Of a stretch of DNA of 64,000 nucleotides, positions 58,701 through 64,000 are shown one piece after another. The stretch is from Leucoraja ocellata (lineage: Eukaryota), in assembly GCA_036785375.1 (NCBI GenBank), contig JAWMAR010000136.1:310001-374000 (forward strand), given 5' to 3'. Below the pieces are notes generated by a model. That model was not told where the DNA came from, made no database searches, and worked only from the letters and a program-made list of their open reading frames with translations. Each line of letters begins with the position of its first letter. Positions within the stretch are counted from its first letter, which is position 1. The translations under genes were made by a program, and so were the position numbers.

Positions 58701-61583
58701 CTCCCCCTCCACTCTCATTCCCCACCCCATTTCCACTTCCCCTGCCCCTGTCACCCAATTCCTTTTCTTCCTCCATCTGCTCATCCCTCCATAATTCTGG
58801 ACCCCCCCCCCCCCCTCTCCTTCCCCAAATATCATCTGTCTATTTCCCTTCACAGATGCTGCCTGGCCAGCCGAGTCCATCCAGCAGTTTGTTTTTCACT
58901 TAAGATTCCAACATTTGCAGTCTCTTGTGTTTCCACCCCTCAGCTTCCTTTGCTTCAGAGAAAAAAGACTTTTGTTAATTAAGTTTTTTTTTCAACCAGC
59001 TGTTCTCCAGTGAGTTCATGAGGAAAAGATACTAAAACCTGGTTTGCCAATTGTTTACAATCTTTCTTATCGAATAAAAAAAAAAATCACCTTTTGAAAT
59101 CTCCTCAGTATAGCTATTTAATTAACATCAATGAAGACAAGGAATTAACTTCTCAAGATATCTTTCTAGAACTGGTGGCACAGAAATTCAATGGATACTT
59201 TCTGTTCACAAAATCTCAGAACCAATTATTTATTGTAAATGTAAAATGCATGCATAAAATCTCACATTATTTCACAGTTGATGAGATACTGATTTACAAA
59301 TCACTGCACTAAATTGAAAAATGAAACATCTAATGAAACCGTGCAAAACTTTTCAACATAAGTTACTTTAAAAAGACCACACACATAGGTTGACATTAAA
59401 AGATATACTTTACGTTCCACCGCTGCCTTCATTCTGTACTTTCATGGGTATGGTGGCCAAGTATATTACAATTGTAGTGGCATTCCAGTAAAAGAACACC
59501 CTTTCTGGGCTAATTAAGAATCTGGTTTCTGCTTCATAGAAATCGAAAATATGATTCTCATGAGTTACCTGCTACCGAAGTCACATCAGCCATCCTCGTT
59601 TTCTGGACAGAGAGTCCACTATGGATTTCTGTGGACCTCAGGACTTCTTGAAACACATTATGCGGTTTAAATATTGTGTATTTCTTAAGTCTGGAAATGA
59701 GAAAGCAGTGACAAAAGTGAAAAAGACAAACAAACCACGAAGATTTAATTTGTAATCATAAGTTTGTTCGATCACAATAGTTTTGACCACAGTTGTTATG
59801 TTGGGAACTAAAATTACATATTGGGTAAAGCAAAAATAATGACAATTACTAAGTGTCTCTCGCCATGTAAAACATCGAGAGGTGCATAACAGCAGGGTTA
59901 TTTGGAAAGACGTTTAACTTGGCAACAAGAGGCTTTGAGGCATGTCATAAAAGGAAGAGAAGTGGATAGGTTTGATCAATGCTTAGAGTTTACAGTTAAG
60001 ATAAATATCTAGTTTTCAGGTCAATAGGTAAAGTTTTATGTTTATGTTTAAGGTAAAACATGTACCCTAAATGGGAGACTCTAAAGTCCCTAATGAAGAA
60101 TTCTATTTGAAATAATTCCATGTCTTTAATAAACTTCAAATAATTTCAGCAAAATCTAATTAATTTATTTAATTTATATTTAGAAAAGATTAGGTAATTT
60201 TCCCATTAAATATACACTCAGTCATGAGCTTGGAAAGTTGGTCTTCTGCAAGTAAATCTGCTGATAAAATTCCCCCATACAATTTTAATATTTTTAAACC
60301 TGATAAAGATATTGATTCATTGTGCCTTCAAAGTGTCCATTCAGTGGATATAAATAATATCAAACAACATAGCTTCCTTTTTTTGTCTTTAGATGGAAAT
60401 AACATAATTTATGGCTCAGCAGATGCTCACAATCCTGTTCCAACTGGTGGAAGAGGAGATGTACTGCATTTGTTCAAATGCACCCGATGATTGCCATTCC
60501 CGGACTTACCACTGCAATTTAGTGCCTTACAGAATGCAAGATTGTGAAATATACCACACTTTCAGGTTCCATGGTTATAGATTATACAGGAATGAAGGAT
60601 GAAAGTTAGGCAGGAAATGGAAATGTGGCAAGAGTTTCACCTGCCTGAGGTCTAAAATTAGATTCAGGACAAGTTAACTGGCAGGTGTCGGGTTTGGTGA
60701 TTTAATCCAGAAAGATGGGAGACATTTCTTTTGGAGTAAATCTTTGGAGTAAATCTACCTCAAGGGGTTGTGGATTCTAAACCTTCCTGTCTATACCAGG
60801 GGGCAAGTAGGCAGGTAATTGGATAAGACCATAAAACACACCAAATTAGCCCATTTGGCCCATCGAGTTTGCTTCATCATTCATCCATGGCTAATCTATT
60901 TATTCTTCTCAGCCCCATTATCTTGCCTTCTCCCTGCAACCTTAGATGCCCTCGTTAATCAAGAACCTATCAATCTCCATTTTAAAAATACCCAATGAAG
61001 GCCTGTGGCAATGAGTTCCACAGATTCACGACCGTCTTCCTCAAGAAATTCCTCCTCATCTCCATTCTAAAGGTATGTCTCGGTTCTAGGCTCTCCACAC
61101 TACTGGAAACATCATGTCCACGTACACTCTTTCTAGGCCTTTCATTTTTCAGCAGGTTTCAATGAGATCCCCTCGCATCTTTCTAAAGTCCCGCAAGAAC
61201 AGGACCAGAGCCATCAAACCCTCCTCTTATATTAACCAAATCACCCTCGGGAAAATGGACAAGACCAGCCAAGATCTTATGGGAAGATTGAACATGTTTG
61301 AAGATCAGTATGATCCACTCCAGCTTTTGTTTTTTCTGAATAATTCTTGAATATTATAGTCATATTGCTAAGTTTTTACTGGGAGAGTGGCCTTTAAAAC
61401 AATGAGATATTTGCATTTGAATTTGCCTGGAAACTTAAAAACAACATTGTCAGAAGACACGTACCTTTCATTTAGAATTTCTTCCATAAACTTTGATTCA
61501 GGTGCAACTTTGATACGAATAAGATCATCAAAGATTGAATGAGCGAAAGGAAGTTGGTTAATTGTTTTCCGGATTTCAGAATC
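52792..61583 (-). CDS. 3' part of an unidentified coiled-coil protein gene; exons 61583-61465, 59690-59569, 56404-56358, 54105-53968, 52974-52792
   Basis: Five AG/GT-bounded exons join in frame (609 nt, 202 aa plus stop): DSEIRKTINQLPFAHSIFDDLIRIKVAPESKFMEEILNERLKKYTIFKPHNVFQEVLRS...IRILKLENEVDKMNEEYSLCTTKIAEYNQQIECLEQELRIQ...LEPTRQ*. Heptad pattern present; minus-strand AATAAA at 52310-52315. Confidence 0.7.
53064..53198. repeat. 66-bp palindromic hairpin with 3-nt loop
   Basis: Arms 53064-53129 and 53133-53198, two non-Watson-Crick positions. Confidence 0.92.
54848..56070. mobile_element. Non-autonomous DNA transposon (Tigger/pogo-like MITE), copy 2
   Basis: Same 22-bp TIRs and TA flanks; terminal regions almost identical to copy 1. 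Confidence 0.9.
56531..56934 (-). mobile_element. V-SINE-type SINE interrupted by a CR1 3' fragment (about 56695-56835, + strand)
   Basis: SINE head at 56840-56934, SINE tail at 56531-56675, CR1 3' UTR sequence between them. Confidence 0.7.
57910..58930 (+). mobile_element. Decayed Penelope-like element (RT C-terminus to pLTR)
   Basis: Decayed peptide-like traces (LPFLGLSIS, FYKPTESHSCLNY, GSLQPDKLNI) followed by cagatgctgcctggcc...gagt pLTR sequence. Confidence 0.7.
60830..61245 (-). mobile_element. Decayed CR1 3' fragment
   Basis: Similar to 27.5-28.0 kb (gccatt.ggccc.tcgag...tgtggca..gagttcca.agattcac). Confidence 0.7.
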
Positions 61584-62206
61584 CTGAAAAGTGGAAACAG
61601 CACCACAGTTCACAAACTGTCTGCACAGTTTACACCCAAATAGTGCCCTCTATTCACACCCAAATAATGTCCACAGTCCACACCCAAATGATTCCCACAG
61701 TCCACACCTCAGCAATTCAGAACAGTTGTTCATAATTCACAGCCATACAGTGACCTAGAAATTCAATTGCAAAGTGCTGATTTTTTTTCAACATTACATG
61801 ATAAAAAATGAGTTTCTCCCGGGGATGTAACATAGTTTTGACATTTATGGACTATTTAGCATCACTGGAAAATTGACTATGCACTTTCTAGTGCAACTTT
61901 CGTGAGTATCAGATATGATTTTCACCTTAATCTCATAGCAAAGGATGCCATTAATCTGCTTTGGAGAGTTGCTGTGGAAATTGGCCCTTTTTGTGCACAT
62001 TGCTGTGCTTGCCTGGGAGAAATGTATTTTAAACAAAATCTGAAAATCCTCAAAATATTCAGCAGATTATAACTTCTCAGGAGAAAGAAAAACAGATTCA
62101 GTGATTTTAGTCAGCAACCATTAAATCAGAGGTGTTCCATTGAAACAACATATCTACTGTGTGTTTACCTAGGCGAGACCCTGCTGTGCTAAGTCCTATT
62201 ACTGCT

Positions 62207-62240
62207 GGTCTGAAGAAGGGTTTCGGCCCGAAACGTTGCC
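62207..62240 (+). ncRNA. Minimal type I hammerhead ribozyme motif
   Basis: GGU-CUGAAGA-A-GGGU(UUCG)GCCC-GAAAC-GUU-GCC; stem I GGU/GCC. Confidence 0.65.
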
Positions 62241-62340
62241 TATCTCCTTCGCTCCATAGATGCTGCTGCACCCGCTGAGTTTCTCCAGCTTTTTTGTGTA
62301 ACCTTCGATTCTCCAGCATCTGCAGTTCCCTCTTAAACAC
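62207..62340 (+). mobile_element. Penelope pLTR with an intact hammerhead motif
   Basis: ggtctgaagaagggtttcggcccgaaacgttgcc...ctccagcatctgcagttccctcttaaacac. Confidence 0.8.
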
Positions 62341-63325
62341 CAACTTGTTCTATTTGATCTTATATGATTGTGCACGCCAGGTTGATAGCATTCACCGAAA
62401 CAGGGCGGACCACGTGAAGGTTGCAATCTCCCACCCCAATCAGGGTGGATGACAACGAACAACGAGAGAATGTAGTATAATGCAGAAATTGTTTTAAACC
62501 TGCGGAGCACCTAAGCATAATTAACATCAGGCTTTAATATGCAAGCAATTACAGCAATATAAACTATTTGTATGTGATGCTGACAAACAGAATATTTAGA
62601 TGACAGAAATGGCATAACAATTGACGTGTAGCAAACCCATGTTACAAAATGTAGGGAGGAATCACTGAATCTCCTCAAAGATAATCATTTGGAACATTTT
62701 ATCGGATTCTAAATAAATATTGGAATATTTGCATAAAATACAAAGACCGTGGAAAAGAGCAACTATGGTTATTTGTACTTGGTTACATTGGACAAACAGA
62801 CACAAACACTCATTCATTTGGGCATTTAAAAGAGCCATGTGCTTTAAATAGTAGCTCAAAGAATGGATGAAGATACAGTATTACACAGGTCTTAAAAGGT
62901 GTATATAGAAATATATTAAAGAATCTGGAATTTATCTGACTATATGATTCATGAGAAAGTGGTAGATGTATTTCAAGAACAAAAGTTATTTTTTATTGCA
63001 GAGGAACATAATATATACATATAAAATCACAATCCATGGTTTTAATTGAAGACTTGAAAATTGAGAGGACTGCAAATTGGAGATGAAAACCAGGATATAT
63101 ATATATATTGGTCTGTAAAAATAATTCAATCAACAAAGTTAAAGAGCAGCAACTTGAACACTCTTAAAGTATCAATTACTGCATATTTCATTTCTGGTTC
63201 TTAGCTGCTCAATCGAAGTGGAGGCCAATAAAAAAAATACTACGTCAGTGCTGTCACCAAAATGTGAAGTGTGGAAAGCAAGCAACATGAACTGCTGTAA
63301 CATTGACCAAACATATTGATCTATT

Positions 63326-63473
63326 ATAGAAGATAGACACAAAATGCTGGAGTAACTCAGCTGGACAGGCAGCATCTCTGGAGAGAAGGAATGTGTGACG
63401 TTATGGGTCGAGACCCTTCTTCATATTGTGTGCATCTTTGGTGTAAACCAACACCTGCAGATCCTTCCTACAC
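63326..63473 (-). mobile_element. Penelope pLTR remnant with a mutated hammerhead motif
   Basis: gatagacacaaaatgctggagtaactcagc...gtgacgttatgggtcgagacccttcttca. Confidence 0.7.
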
Positions 63474-64000
63474 ATTGATGGATGAGGGTGTTCTTTACTG
63501 GAGCTGGGGGAAGATGGCACTTAGCAAATCTTAAAAGATCGTAATAATTGAAGAAAATTGATTTTAACTACGATACTGACTAGTATCTGCCAAACAAACT
63601 AATAAGTAGTTCAAAAGACACAAAGTGCTGGAGTAATTCAGCGGGACAGACAGCATCCCTGGAGAAAGTGGATAGGTGACAATCTGTGTCTTCAGACTTG
63701 CGTGGAATAAATAGTTCAGTATTGGTTTTAAGTTATTTCAGTGATTTAGAATCAGATTACTCATTCTTGATAGAAATATTTTTTTTTTTGACGAATACGT
63801 CTTCAGATTAATAAAACTACACTGTTTTAGCTCCTGAATATATACGTAGATGAACATGTTTTAATGCAAGGGGATTAATAATGCAAATATGTTGCCATTT
63901 TGTTCTGGACTTTGCTTTTGAGATTACACAAACCAATGTCACCATGGTGGAAATGTGCACCATGTATTTATTTCAGAAAAACAAAGCAATTTATTCTCAG

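Noticed and set aside
60431-60580. Strong minus-strand donor-like sites (gtaagt at about 60509, gtgagc at about 60430)
   Set aside because: No convincing acceptor or open compatible frame; exons 61465 and 59690 already join in frame

Overview
Eukaryotic, AT-rich, intron-rich vertebrate DNA. The repeat landscape (HE1/V-SINE-type tRNA SINEs, CR1 LINEs, Penelope-like elements) points to a cartilaginous fish, probably a skate or ray (inference). Three genes were reconstructed by hand from splice sites. (1) On +, a non-gastric H+/K+-ATPase alpha subunit (ATP12A-like): 21 coding exons at 10311-43963, 983 aa, intact frame; the two most N-terminal exons could not be located with confidence. It has unusual substitutions in normally invariant P2C motifs. 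(2) On -, a complete 6-exon CXorf65/C22orf15-family gene (50166-44642, 164 aa), convergent with the pump gene. (3) On -, the last five exons of an unidentified coiled-coil protein gene (61583-52792). Non-coding highlights: several Penelope pseudo-LTRs carrying minimal hammerhead-ribozyme motifs; two copies of a 1.2 kb TA-flanked, GC-rich fold-back DNA transposon; a non-autonomous retroelement family whose 3' stem-loop keeps its structure but not its sequence; and two long near-perfect intronic hairpins next to 3' splice sites. Most ORFs in the supplied track are spurious. No database searches were possible, so family names rest on recalled motifs.
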